A DNA stretch of 64,000 bases from an uncultured Verrucomicrobiota bacterium. Lineage in GTDB: Bacteria; Verrucomicrobiota; Kiritimatiellia; CAIQIC01; Lenti-01. The notes under the pieces are model-generated. The model was not told where the DNA came from and did no database searches. It worked only from the letters and a program-made list of their open reading frames with translations. The DNA lies in assembly GCA_964647595.1 (NCBI GenBank), contig CAZYGH010000015.1:1-64000 (forward strand), in the 5' to 3' direction. The number at the start of each line of letters is the position of its first letter. Position 1 is the stretch's first letter. Positions 47,726 to 57,700 of this stretch are shown piece after piece. A program made the translations under genes and the position numbers.

Positions 47726-50158
47726 CTATATAAACAAGGTCGGCCCGCTTTCCTTGGCCCGCGCGATAAACGTCGCCACGCCCGCCACCTCGTCTACATC
47801 GATCAACTCCTCGCGCGTGAGGCCCATGACACCCATGGCCATATCGCAGGCAATAAACTTTACGCCCATCTGACGCGCGTTGCTCAGCATGTCGGGCAAC
47901 GACGTAATATTTTGGCTCGCCATCACATGCTTCATCATCTCCGTGCCCATTCCCGCCATATGCATCTTAGAAAGCGCCAATTTCGACGCGCCCTTCGGCA
48001 GCATGAAGCCGAACATCGTGTTCAGCAAACTCTTCTTCACCTGCGGCCCCGGGTTCTTCCTTAACACGCTCAAGCCCCAGAAGGTGAAGAAAATGCTGAC
48101 CTGCATCCCTGCTGCGGCCATGCCGGTAGCGAGGATGAGCGCCGCCAGTGCCTTATCCAGATCGTTGCTAAACAACACCATCGCACCGGAATTGCTGCTT
48201 CCAACCGTTGAGACAGACGGCACCGAGGTCCCCTTTCGAACAACGGCTTCGATGTAGGTATCTTTCCTCGTCAACTTGACAACCTTGTGACCACTGCTCT
48301 GCGCCCAATTGCTCAGGTCGGGAGCAAACCCCGATGCACCCAGCACTTTGATCGTGGCACCCGCCGGAAGTCCGTCCAATTCCTTCTTGATGCGCACCAC
48401 GGGACCGGGACATTGCAAGGGACGCACATCCACCACCGTCTTGGGCTCGTCATCCTCCGATGTGATCTGGGGTCCACCCTCGCTACCCGTGCAAGAAAGT
48501 GCAATCTGATCGTCGGAAGGCATCCACTTTTCAGGCTGAAATTGCTTCCACGTCAGATAGCCGCCCGTCAAGTTGGCCGCATCGTAGCCGAGTTGTTTCA
48601 AAATCCGTTCCGCCACATACCCGCGTAACCCCTGCTGGCAATACGCCACGATCAGCCGATCTTTGGGCAACTCGAATGCACGGGCTCTCAGTTGATGTAG
48701 CGGGATCGGAATGGCCCCTTTCATGACGCCTAACGCCACCTCCGCCGGTTCGCGAACATCCAGCAAAAGTGCGCCTTCGGGCAATGCATCCGCCTGAACA
48801 ATCTTGGAATCGCCATTCAACACATTGGTCGCAATCATGCCGGCCACGCTGATCGGGTCCTTCGCCGAACTGAAAGGCGGCGCATAGCAAAGCTCCATCT
48901 CCGCCAGTTGTCTCACATCCAGTCCCGCCCGCATCGTCACCGCCAACACGTCCGCCCGTTTGTCCGCGCCCTCGCTCCCGATGATCTGGCCACCGTAGAT
49001 TTTACCGTCCGCACCAAACATCAATTTGATGTGCAAGGCGGTCGCACCGGGATAATAGCCCGCATGAGAACCCGGATGCAGATAGACTTTCTGATACGCT
49101 TTCCCCATCGCTTTCAGCCGCGCCTCCGTGTGCCCGCAACTCGCCGCTGTCAGCCGCCCCACCTTCACCACCGATGCGCCATACGTTCCCGCATACCGAC
49201 TGTTGCGCCCCATGATATTGTCCGCCGCAATTCGCCCTTGCCGATTCGCCGGTCCCGCCAACGGCACCGCCGTGGGCTGCCCGAACACAGGGTCGATCAC
49301 CGACACCACATCCCCCACCGCAAAAATATCCGGATCCGCCGTGCGCATCTGGTCATCCGTGACGATATGTCCACGCGGCCCAATCTCCAGCCCAGCCGCC
49401 TTGGCCAGCCCCGAATTGGGCTTCACGCCCACACACAAGGCCGCCACATCCGCCGTCCACGAACGTCCATCCTTCACCGTCACACGGACTCCGCCGCCCT
49501 CCACGGAAGCAAACGCCGAAACCGACGCTCCCAATTCAACCACGATGCCCGATAGGCGCAACTCTTCCGCCAACAAGGAACTCATTTCCTCATCCATCGT
49601 CGGCAACAGTTGCTTGCCCATTTCCAACAACACCACCTCCAGCCCGCGATGCCGCAGACTCTCGGCCAATTCCATCCCCACAAATCCGCCGCCCACAACG
49701 ACCACCTTCTTCGCATCCGCATCCAGCTTCTTGGCAATGCGATCCATGTCCTCCAGCGTCCACAACGGCAACACTTCCGGCAAATCGATTCCCGGCAACG
49801 ATAGGTGCATCGGCGAGGACCCCGTGGCGATCACCAACTGGTCATAGCGCTCTTCACGAATGCTTCCATCTTGGCGATTCAATACACTCACCACCTTGCG
49901 TGTACGATCCATCCCCGTCACTTCATGATTCACCCGCACATCCACATTGAATCGGGCGCGAAAATTTTCGGGAGTCATCACCAGCAACCAGCTTCGTTCC
50001 GGAATGATCTTCCCCAAATGATAGGGCAGCCCGCAGTTCGCATACGAAATATGCGGACCCCGCTCAAACATCACAATTTCGGCCTTCTCATCCAACCGCC
50101 GCAACCGCGCCGCCGCACTGGCCCCTCCCGCTACACCACCAATAATGACTGTTTTCAT
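47726..50158 (-). CDS. Four-domain sulfur-trafficking oxidoreductase: CoA-disulfide reductase/NADH-persulfide-reductase-like (FAD/NAD) plus rhodanese plus TusA-like plus DsrE/DsrF-like
   Basis: 810 aa. N-terminus MKTVIIGGVAGGASAA with redox Cys SYANCGLPY; a rhodanese active-site region; TusA motif LQCPGPV; C-terminal DsrE-like domain ending …ARAKESGPTLFI. Confidence 0.8.
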   Translation of the reverse strand: MKTVIIGGVAGGASAAARLRRLDEKAEIVMFERGPHISYANCGLPYHLGKIIPERSWLLVMTPENFRARFNVDVRVNHEVTGMDRTRKVVSVLNRQDGSIREERYDQLVIATGSSPMHLSLPGIDLPEVLPLWTLEDMDRIAKKLDADAKKVVVVGGGFVGMELAESLRHRGLEVVLLEMGKQLLPTMDEEMSSLLAEELRLSGIVVELGASVSAFASVEGGGVRVTVKDGRSWTADVAALCVGVKPNSGLAKAAGLEIGPRGHIVTDDQMRTADPDIFAVGDVVSVIDPVFGQPTAVPLAGPANRQGRIAADNIMGRNSRYAGTYGASVVKVGRLTAASCGHTEARLKAMGKAYQKVYLHPGSHAGYYPGATALHIKLMFGADGKIYGGQIIGSEGADKRADVLAVTMRAGLDVRQLAEMELCYAPPFSSAKDPISVAGMIATNVLNGDSKIVQADALPEGALLLDVREPAEVALGVMKGAIPIPLHQLRARAFELPKDRLIVAYCQQGLRGYVAERILKQLGYDAANLTGGYLTWKQFQPEKWMPSDDQIALSCTGSEGGPQITSEDDEPKTVVDVRPLQCPGPVVRIKKELDGLPAGATIKVLGASGFAPDLSNWAQSSGHKVVKLTRKDTYIEAVVRKGTSVPSVSTVGSSNSGAMVLFSNDLDKALAALILATGMAAAGMQVSIFFTFWGLSVLRKNPGPQVKKSLLNTMFGFMLPKGASKLALSKMHMAGMGTEMMKHVMASQNITSLPDMLSNARQMGVKFIACDMAMGVMGLTREELIDVDEVAGVATFIARAKESGPTLFI

Positions 50159-50262
50159 GATCGATCCTTCTGATAATTGGTCGGCATCGTATCACGGTTT
50201 CTCCCCGGCAACAAACTCTATGGATTCTGGTTTCCCATTTTTTTATTTGCCATTTTGGCCTA

Positions 50263-50284
50263 TTCTGGTATTGTAGTACCAGAA
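50263..50284. promoter_or_regulatory. Palindromic candidate operator upstream of the Rrf2 regulator
   Basis: TTCTGGTA-ttgtag-TACCAGAA, perfect 8-bp arms, 17 bp upstream of the Rrf2 start. Confidence 0.5.
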
Positions 50285-50300
50285 TAAAGGAAACCACGAT

Positions 50301-50738
50301 ATGCCCGGCCTTCTCCACATCCCCGAATCTATTTCAATTGCACTCCACACCTGCCTTTGGATTGCGGACGGTAAAGACGATTTTCGCCCGTCCCCCACAA
50401 TCGCGAAAGAACTCGGCTTTTCCTACAACCACTTTGCCAAAGTCGTTCAACGCCTCGTCCGCGCGGGCCTCCTCGAAACAGAGCGCGGGCCTCGCGGGGG
50501 CATCCGTCTGGCCCGCGACCCCAAACTCATCCCTCTAATCGAAATCTATGAGGCAGGTGGCGGAGAACCTCTTCTTCCCCATCGGTGCCTTCTCGATCCA
50601 CGAATTTGTCCAGGGCGAGCCTGCGCCCTCGGCCGCTTGGTCGAACAAGAAAATTCCCGCCTTCATCACCAACTGACGAAAACGACTCTTGCCGAACTCG
50701 CGCGCTCCTTTGACCGAACCAATCTGAAATCCCAATGA
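50301..50738 (+). CDS. Rrf2-family transcriptional regulator (NsrR/IscR-like, three-Cys cluster ligands)
   Basis: 145 aa with Rrf2 wHTH N-terminus and a C-x(6-7)-C-x(4)-C pattern (HRCLLDPRICPGRACALG). Confidence 0.8.
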   Translation: MPGLLHIPESISIALHTCLWIADGKDDFRPSPTIAKELGFSYNHFAKVVQRLVRAGLLETERGPRGGIRLARDPKLIPLIEIYEAGGGEPLLPHRCLLDPRICPGRACALGRLVEQENSRLHHQLTKTTLAELARSFDRTNLKSQ

Positions 50739-51439
50739 AACGAAACATCATTTCCATCAACGAATCCCTTTGCAATGGCTGTGGCCTCTGCGTGTCGGCC
50801 TGTCACGAAGGTGCCCTCCAAATGGTCAATGGCAAGGCCAAGCTCGTCTCCGACACCTATTGCGATGGCCTCGGCGATTGCCTGCCCGCCTGCCCCACCG
50901 GCGCCATTCAAATCATCGAGCGCGATGCGGAGGAATATGATGAAGCCGCCGTTGCGGCTCGCATGACGGCACCCAAGCCCCCTCTGCCCTGCGGCTGCCC
51001 CGGCCAGATGGCCAAATCCATCGCATGCCAACCTAGTGCACCAAATGCCTCTTCGACTCCAAACGCCCCCGTAGCACAACTCGCCAACTGGCCCGTGCAA
51101 ATCAAACTCGTCAATATCCACGCGCCCTATTTACAAAACGCCTCCCTTCTCATCGCCGCCGACTGCACCGCTTTCGCCTATCCGGACATTCACCACCGCT
51201 TCATGCGAAACAAGGTCACCCTTATTGGTTGCCCCAAACTCGACGAAGGCGATTACGCTGAAAAACTCACGGCCATTCTTCAGGCCAACGAAATCAAAAG
51301 CATCACCGTCCTGCGCATGGAAGTCCCCTGTTGCGGCGGCATCGCCACCGCCACTCAACGCGCCCTCCAAGCCAGCGGCAAAATGATCCCTTGGCAAATC
51401 GTCACGATTTCGACGGAAGGGCAAATCCTTGAAGACTGA
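50735..51439 (+). CDS. 4Fe-4S dicluster ferredoxin-domain protein (hcp-associated)
   Basis: CNGCGLCVSACHEG and CDGLGDCLPACPTG motifs plus additional Cys clusters; ATGA overlap with the Rrf2 gene. Confidence 0.7.
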   Translation: MKRNIISINESLCNGCGLCVSACHEGALQMVNGKAKLVSDTYCDGLGDCLPACPTGAIQIIERDAEEYDEAAVAARMTAPKPPLPCGCPGQMAKSIACQPSAPNASSTPNAPVAQLANWPVQIKLVNIHAPYLQNASLLIAADCTAFAYPDIHHRFMRNKVTLIGCPKLDEGDYAEKLTAILQANEIKSITVLRMEVPCCGGIATATQRALQASGKMIPWQIVTISTEGQILED

Positions 51440-51453
51440 AGTCAACATCCATT

Positions 51454-51534
51454 CCTCTCACAGAGATTCACAGAGGGTCACAGAGGGAAACCAACAGATT
51501 CTTCTCCGTGAACCTCTGTGCACCTCTGTGAGAA
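51454..51534. repeat. TCACAGAG/CTCTGTGA hairpin repeat element in the hcp leader
   Basis: CCTCTCACAGAGATTCACAGAGGGTCACAGAGGG … CCGTGAACCTCTGTGCACCTCTGTGAGAA; a related copy lies at 63955-63998. Confidence 0.65.
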
Positions 51535-51606
51535 AACATTCTTCGGCTGTCCCTCCTGAATCCTGAATTCATTTTATAAAGAAAACCAACCAAAAGGAGA
51601 ACTCCC

Positions 51607-53160
51607 ATGAGTATGTTCTGTTTTCAATGCGAGCAAACGGCAGGCGGCACCGGCTGCACCCGTTCCGGCGTCTGCGGCAAAACCCCCGAAGCCTCCAACC
51701 TGCAAGATGACATCACAGCGGCCATGATCACGCTGGCCCGTGCCGTCGATGGCCAGCCCGCCGACGCCAAAATCGAGGCGCTTTTCATGGACGCCCTGTT
51801 CATGACCGTCACCAATGTCAACTTCGACCCCGCCGACCTCACCGCCATGCGCGACCGCATTCTTCGCGCGGCCGTTGCCGCAGGCGGCGCAAACTCGTAT
51901 CGCCCCGAAGATCTATTCCACGGCGACACGGATGTGGTCTCCCTGCGTTCCACGCTTCTCTTTGGTATGCGCGGCATGGGAGCCTATGCTGCCCACGCCC
52001 GCGTTCTCGGCAAGACCGACCCCAAGGTTTCCGCCTGGTTTCAAAAAGGCATGAAGGCTCTCGGCGAGGATCACACCGTCGCGGAATGGCTCAGCCTCAT
52101 CATGGAATTTGGCCAGATCAATCTCGCGTGCATGGCCCTGCTCGATGCCGCCAACACAGAAGCCTATGGCCACCCCGAGCCCACCCGCGTGTCCACCACG
52201 CAGGAAAATGGCCCCTTCATCATCATCACCGGCCACGACCTGCACGACCTCAAAATGCTACTCGAACAGTCCGAGGGAAAGGGCGTCAACATCTACACCC
52301 ACGGTGAAATGCTTCCCGCCCTCGCGTATCCCGGCCTCAAAAAATACGCCCACCTCAAAGGCCACTTCGGCACCGCATGGCAAAACCAACAAAAGGAATT
52401 TGCCGATCTCCCCGGCGTCGTGCTCTACACCACCAACTGCATCATGCCCCCGCGCCCGACCTACATCCAACACCTCGCCACCACGGCCGAAGTGGGCTGG
52501 CCCGGCGTTCAGCACATCGCCGCCGATGAGCAGGGTCGCAAAGACTTCACCGGCATCATCCTGCAAGCCATCGCCCTCGGAGGCTGGACGGAAACGAAGC
52601 CCGGTGCTTACGAACTCATGACCGGCTTTGCACGCAACGCCGTCATGTCCGTCGCCGACAAGCTCATCGACGCCGTCAAAGCGGGCGCCGTCAAACACAT
52701 CTACCTCGTCGGGGGTTGCGATGGCGCCAAACTCGGCCGCGACTACTACACCGAGTTCGTCGAAAAGACTCCCAAAGACACGCTTATCCTAACGCTCGCC
52801 TGCGGGAAATTCCGCTTTAACCACTTGCAAGACCAGTTGGGAACCATCGGCGGCATTCCGCGCCTACTCGACATGGGCCAGTGCAACGATGCCTACTCCG
52901 CGATCCAAGTGGCCGTCACTCTCGCCAAAGTGTTCAACTGCGGCGTGAATGATCTGCCCCTCTCGCTGATTCTCTCTTGGTACGAGCAGAAAGCCGTCTG
53001 CATTTTGCTGACGCTTCTCTCGCTCGGCATCAAGAACATCCGCATCGGGCCAACCCTTCCTGCGTTTGTTTCTCCCACGGTGCTCAAGGTGCTCGTCGAA
53101 CAATTCGGCCTCACCCCCATCACCACGGCCGACGCCGACCTGAAGGCCATCGCCGGCTAA
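51607..53160 (+). CDS. hcp: Hybrid cluster protein (hydroxylamine reductase)
   Basis: MFCFQCEQTAGGTGCTRSGVCGK N-terminal Cys cluster; 517 aa of the Hcp class. Confidence 0.95.
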   Translation: MSMFCFQCEQTAGGTGCTRSGVCGKTPEASNLQDDITAAMITLARAVDGQPADAKIEALFMDALFMTVTNVNFDPADLTAMRDRILRAAVAAGGANSYRPEDLFHGDTDVVSLRSTLLFGMRGMGAYAAHARVLGKTDPKVSAWFQKGMKALGEDHTVAEWLSLIMEFGQINLACMALLDAANTEAYGHPEPTRVSTTQENGPFIIITGHDLHDLKMLLEQSEGKGVNIYTHGEMLPALAYPGLKKYAHLKGHFGTAWQNQQKEFADLPGVVLYTTNCIMPPRPTYIQHLATTAEVGWPGVQHIAADEQGRKDFTGIILQAIALGGWTETKPGAYELMTGFARNAVMSVADKLIDAVKAGAVKHIYLVGGCDGAKLGRDYYTEFVEKTPKDTLILTLACGKFRFNHLQDQLGTIGGIPRLLDMGQCNDAYSAIQVAVTLAKVFNCGVNDLPLSLILSWYEQKAVCILLTLLSLGIKNIRIGPTLPAFVSPTVLKVLVEQFGLTPITTADADLKAIAG

Positions 53161-53213
53161 TGGAACACTCCACCACGGATCAACACAACGGTGGTTGGTC
53201 CGTGGTTGGCTTT

Positions 53214-54641
53214 TTAGTCCTGATCCATCGAAATTTGTTCCAACGTGCGCCCCTTGGTCTCCTGCACAAACTTCTTCACAAAGAAAAACGCCACCACGCC
53301 AAACGCCGCATAGATCCCATACGAAACGCCCAGCCCAAAATTCTTCAGAAAACCTGGGAACGTCATCGTGATGATGAAGTTGGCCACCCAATTGGAAAGC
53401 CCCGCAATGGCCAGCGCCGCGCCGCGGAATTTATTCGAAAACATTTCGCCCAACATCACCCACACAATCGGGCCCCACGTGCAGGCAAAGAAGGCGATAT
53501 ATCCGTTGGCGGCAATCAGCGCTAGCAATCCGGCAGACCCTTCCATCGTCAGCCCTTCGCCTCCTTGCTTCGAGGCAAATGCAAAAATCAAGCCCAGCAG
53601 TCCCAACATGACGGCCTGCCCCAACGCCCCGATCAACAGCAGCGGCTTGCGCCCCAATTTATCCACCAGATAAATGGCCACAAACGTGAAGACCACATTC
53701 ACACTTCCGTTAATCACATTCGTCAGCAACGCATCGGACTCGGTGAAACCAGCCGCCTTCCAAAGAACCGCGCCATAATAAAACACCACATTGATACCCG
53801 TGAATTGCTGCAAGGCGGCAATGACAATTCCCGCCCATATCACAGGGTGAATTTTCCGCGTCTTCTCGTTGATCACGTCGGACAATTGCGGACGATGTTC
53901 GCTGCGAACCGTCTTCTGAATCTCTTCTACTTGTTGATTCGCCATTTCCAGATTGGAAATTCCAGCCAACACCTTCAACGCCTGCTCCGTTTTTCCAATC
54001 GCCACCAAATAGCGCGGTGACTCCGGAATGGCGACCATGCAAACCAAAAACGCAAAGGCCGGGAACAATTCCATCCAGAACATCCATTGCCAGGTGCTAA
54101 ATCCAAACCACATCACTTCGCTGGCGCCGCCCGACACGGATGCCAAATGGTAATTGCTGAAAAAGGCTGCGAACAATCCCAACACAATGGCGAGTTGTTG
54201 AAGAGAGATCAGTCCACCCCTAATTTTGGGCGGTGCAATTTCCCCGATATAGGCGGGCGACAAAATGCTCGCGGCACCAACCGCCAAGCCTCCCAACACG
54301 CGGTACACCACAAACTCCACCGACCCCTGAGCAATTCCGGAGCCCCACGCGCTCACAATAAAAGCCACGGCCGATAGAATCAAAACCCACTTTCGTCCCA
54401 TCTTGTCAGCCAACGTTCCGGCAAAAAACGCACCCGCCGCACACCCCAACAACATGGAGGCCACATTGAACCCCGTGCCCACGGCATCGGAGTTGAAGGC
54501 CACCTGCAAAGCCCCCACCGCTCCATTGATCACGCCACTATCAAAGCCAAACAAAAAACCGCCCAAGGCGGCAGAAATGGCGAGAAAGAAAATCCGGGGC
54601 ATGTTGTTTTTATCTGCAGCTTGAATCGCATTCGTTTTCAT
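53214..54641 (-). CDS. MFS transporter, sugar porter family
   Basis: 475 aa with 12 TM segments and the sugar-porter signatures (GRKPLLLIGALG, PESPRYL, FFACTWGPIVWV). Confidence 0.85.
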   Translation of the reverse strand: MKTNAIQAADKNNMPRIFFLAISAALGGFLFGFDSGVINGAVGALQVAFNSDAVGTGFNVASMLLGCAAGAFFAGTLADKMGRKWVLILSAVAFIVSAWGSGIAQGSVEFVVYRVLGGLAVGAASILSPAYIGEIAPPKIRGGLISLQQLAIVLGLFAAFFSNYHLASVSGGASEVMWFGFSTWQWMFWMELFPAFAFLVCMVAIPESPRYLVAIGKTEQALKVLAGISNLEMANQQVEEIQKTVRSEHRPQLSDVINEKTRKIHPVIWAGIVIAALQQFTGINVVFYYGAVLWKAAGFTESDALLTNVINGSVNVVFTFVAIYLVDKLGRKPLLLIGALGQAVMLGLLGLIFAFASKQGGEGLTMEGSAGLLALIAANGYIAFFACTWGPIVWVMLGEMFSNKFRGAALAIAGLSNWVANFIITMTFPGFLKNFGLGVSYGIYAAFGVVAFFFVKKFVQETKGRTLEQISMDQD

Positions 54642-54706
54642 ATGTTCCTATCCGTTAGCATCCCATGTCACTCTTACCTGAATTCGCCGATAATATCATT
54701 CAATAC

Positions 54707-57700
54707 CTATTCCCCACCGCGTCGTTTCCACTTCGGCTCCGGAGGGGCGCGCAAACCGGCCTGCTTCACTGTTCCCACATAGAGCCCATCCACAATCTTC
54801 TCGCATTCTTTCACCAACGCTTCCGAAACGCGCACATGCAAACTGTCGGACGCGCGCAAATAGACTTTGGCATTGTCGGGATAGAGCAGGCAAATATTCA
54901 CCGGCGTCGATCCTGTATGACGTCGAAGAACATCCTTGAGGCTCCGCATCCGTTGCTCCGTCCACGTCCCCACATTCACATGCAAACTCAGTCCCAGCGT
55001 AAACCGTGCAGGCACTTCTTCAATCGGATACACCTCATCCACGGCCAGCGTGTTGCCCCCCCCCCCGTTGTCCTGCCTCACACTACCGCACAACATCACC
55101 GCCGCATCGGGCTGGAGATAAATGCCATATTTTTCAAACGCCTCCGGAAACGCAATGGCCGAAATCGCACCATCGAGCGTATCGAGCCGAAACGACAGCA
55201 TGCCCCGCGGCGACTCGTCTTCATTTTTGGGTTTTGTGAAACGCTTCTGGGCATTCACCACCAGCCCGCCAATCCGCGTTCGCGTTTTCTCCGACAACGT
55301 GGCAAACCCCACCGCATCGCACTGATTATATTTTTCCAGCGTCCACGAACACGCCAACAACGGATGCCCCGAAATATAAAACCCAATCAGCTCCTTCTCA
55401 AAAGCCAACATTTGCTTTTGAGGCCACGGCTCGCCCGCCGGCAAATCCTTGTCGGTCATGACCACGCCCGCCACATCATCCCCGCCCAGCAAGTCGAACA
55501 GCGACGATTGCCCCGCCGCCTTGTCTTTCCGAACCGACGCCGCATAGCCCATCGCCGTTTCAATGCCGCCGAACAACTGTCCGCGCATCAATCCCGTGAA
55601 ATCAAACGCGCCGCATTTCACCAGCGCCTCAATCGCCTTTTTGTTCACGTCGCCGTTGACGATCCGCTCGCAAAAATTCACCAGCCCCTTGAACGGACCG
55701 TTGGCCTCGCGCTCTTTCACGAGCGCTTCGACCGCCGCCGATCCCACCCCTTTAACGCCCGCCAAGCCATAGCGAATAGCCCCCTTCACCGGCGTGAACC
55801 GCAACCCGCTTTCATTCACATCCGGCGGCAATACCGAAATGCCCATCTTCTGCACATCGGCCACCAGCACCGGCAACTTGTCGGTGTTGCCAATTTCGGA
55901 CGACAGCATCGCCGCCATGAATTCGACCGGATGGTTCGCCTTCAAATACGCCGTCTGGAACGTCACGATGCCATACGCCGCCGAATGCGACTTATTGAAA
56001 CCGTACGACGCAAATTCCGAAATCTGATCGAAAATCTGGCCCGCCTTCGCCGCCGAACAGGTTTTCTTTTTGACGCAGCCTTCCGTGAACGCCTCGCGTT
56101 GCTTGGCCATTTCGTCGGCCTTTTTCTTGCCCATGGCGCGGCGCAAAATATCGCCTTGCCCCAAACTGAAACCGGCCAACACGAAAGCCGCCTGTTGCAC
56201 TTGCTCCTGATAAATCATGATGCCGTAGGTTTCGTTCAGCACCGGCTCCAGCAACGGATGCGGATATTCGATCGGCTCCCGCCCATGTTTGCGCGCGATG
56301 AATTTGGGAATCATCGCCATCGGCCCCGGCCGATACAGCGCAATCAACGCAATGAGCTCTTCAATCTTGTTGATCTGCAATTGCCGCAGCAAATCGCGCA
56401 TGCCGTCGGATTCCACTTGGAACACGCCCACCGCATCGCCCCGCGCCAGCATCTCGTAGGTCTTGGGATCATCCAGCGGCAAGTTGTCCGGATCGGGTTC
56501 GACGCCGGTCGTGCGCTTCACATTCTCGCACGCCTCTCGCACCACCGTCAGCGTCTTAAGCCCCAAGAAGTCCATCTTCAACAGGCCCGCTTCTTCCAGC
56601 GGCCCCGATTCCCATTGGGCGATGACGTTGCCTTCTTTGTCCTTCGTCAGCGGAATCAGCTCAATCAGCGCCTTCTCCCCAATCACCACGCCCGCCGCAT
56701 GCGTGCCCGTTTGGCGCGGCATATCTTCCAACGGCGGTGCGAACTTCATGATCTCCCGCGCATACTCATTCGTTCGGCACGCCTGCGCAAAATCCACGCT
56801 ATCCTTCAACGCTTTTTCCAGCGTCGTCCCCGGCAATTCCGGAATCATCTTGGCGAGCTTGTCGCACTCGGGCAGCGGAAATTCCAGCGCGCGGCCAATA
56901 TCGCGGATCAGCGTCTTGGCCCCCAGCGTGCCATACGTCACAATCTGCGCGACGCTATCCATGCCGTATTTTTGCCGCACATATTCGATTACTTCGCCGC
57001 GCCGCGCTTGGCAAAAATCAATGTCGAAGTCCGGCGGTGACACACGATCCGGATTCAAAAACCGCTCAAAGATCAGCCCATAGCGCAACGGATCAATGCC
57101 CGTAATCCCCACCGCAAATGCAATCAAACTGCCCGCGCCCGAACCGCGCCCCGGCCCCACCGGAATCCCCATCTGCTTCGCCGCATGAATGAAATCCCAC
57201 ACCACCAGAAAGTAATTCAGAAAGCCCGTTTTCTCGATTACGGCCAACTCGTGAAAGAATCGCGTCGAGATCACCTTCTCACGGTCGTCCTTCGGATGCT
57301 CGATGTCCTCCACCCCAAAATGCCGCCGCACCCCTTCGGCCGCAATCTTCGTCAAATACAGCTTATGCGTCAGCCCGTCCGGACATTTGTAATTCGGGAA
57401 ATGCGGATTCTTCTGTCCCCCCAGCGCCAGCTCCACATTGCAACGCTCCGCAATTTTCCACGTATTTTCGATGGACTCCGGCAACTCCCGAAATAAGTGG
57501 CGCATCTCCTCTTCGCTCTTCAGGAAGAATTGATTGGACCCATAATTCATCCGGTCCGTCTCGTTCCACTTCGCCTGCGTTTGCAGACAGAGCAACATCT
57601 CATGCGGAACCGAATGTGACTCCTCCAAATAATGCACGTCGTTCGTCGCCACCAGCGGGAGCCCCATCTTTCGCGCCAGTTCCACCATCTTGCGGTTGAC

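Noticed and set aside
47242-48064. ORFs of 132 and 170 aa in GC-rich repeat B and the 3' end of the DsrE-fusion gene
   Set aside because: Same reasoning as repeat A; the 170-aa frame runs antisense into the CoADR-DsrE gene.
53161-53213. Bidirectional terminator between hcp and the MFS gene
   Set aside because: Some CCACGG/CCGTGG complementarity and a TTTTT run are present, but the stem pairing is irregular. Not confident enough to call as a feature.
54665-57040. 791-aa plus-strand ORF
   Set aside because: Antisense to dnaE; Arg-rich low-complexity.
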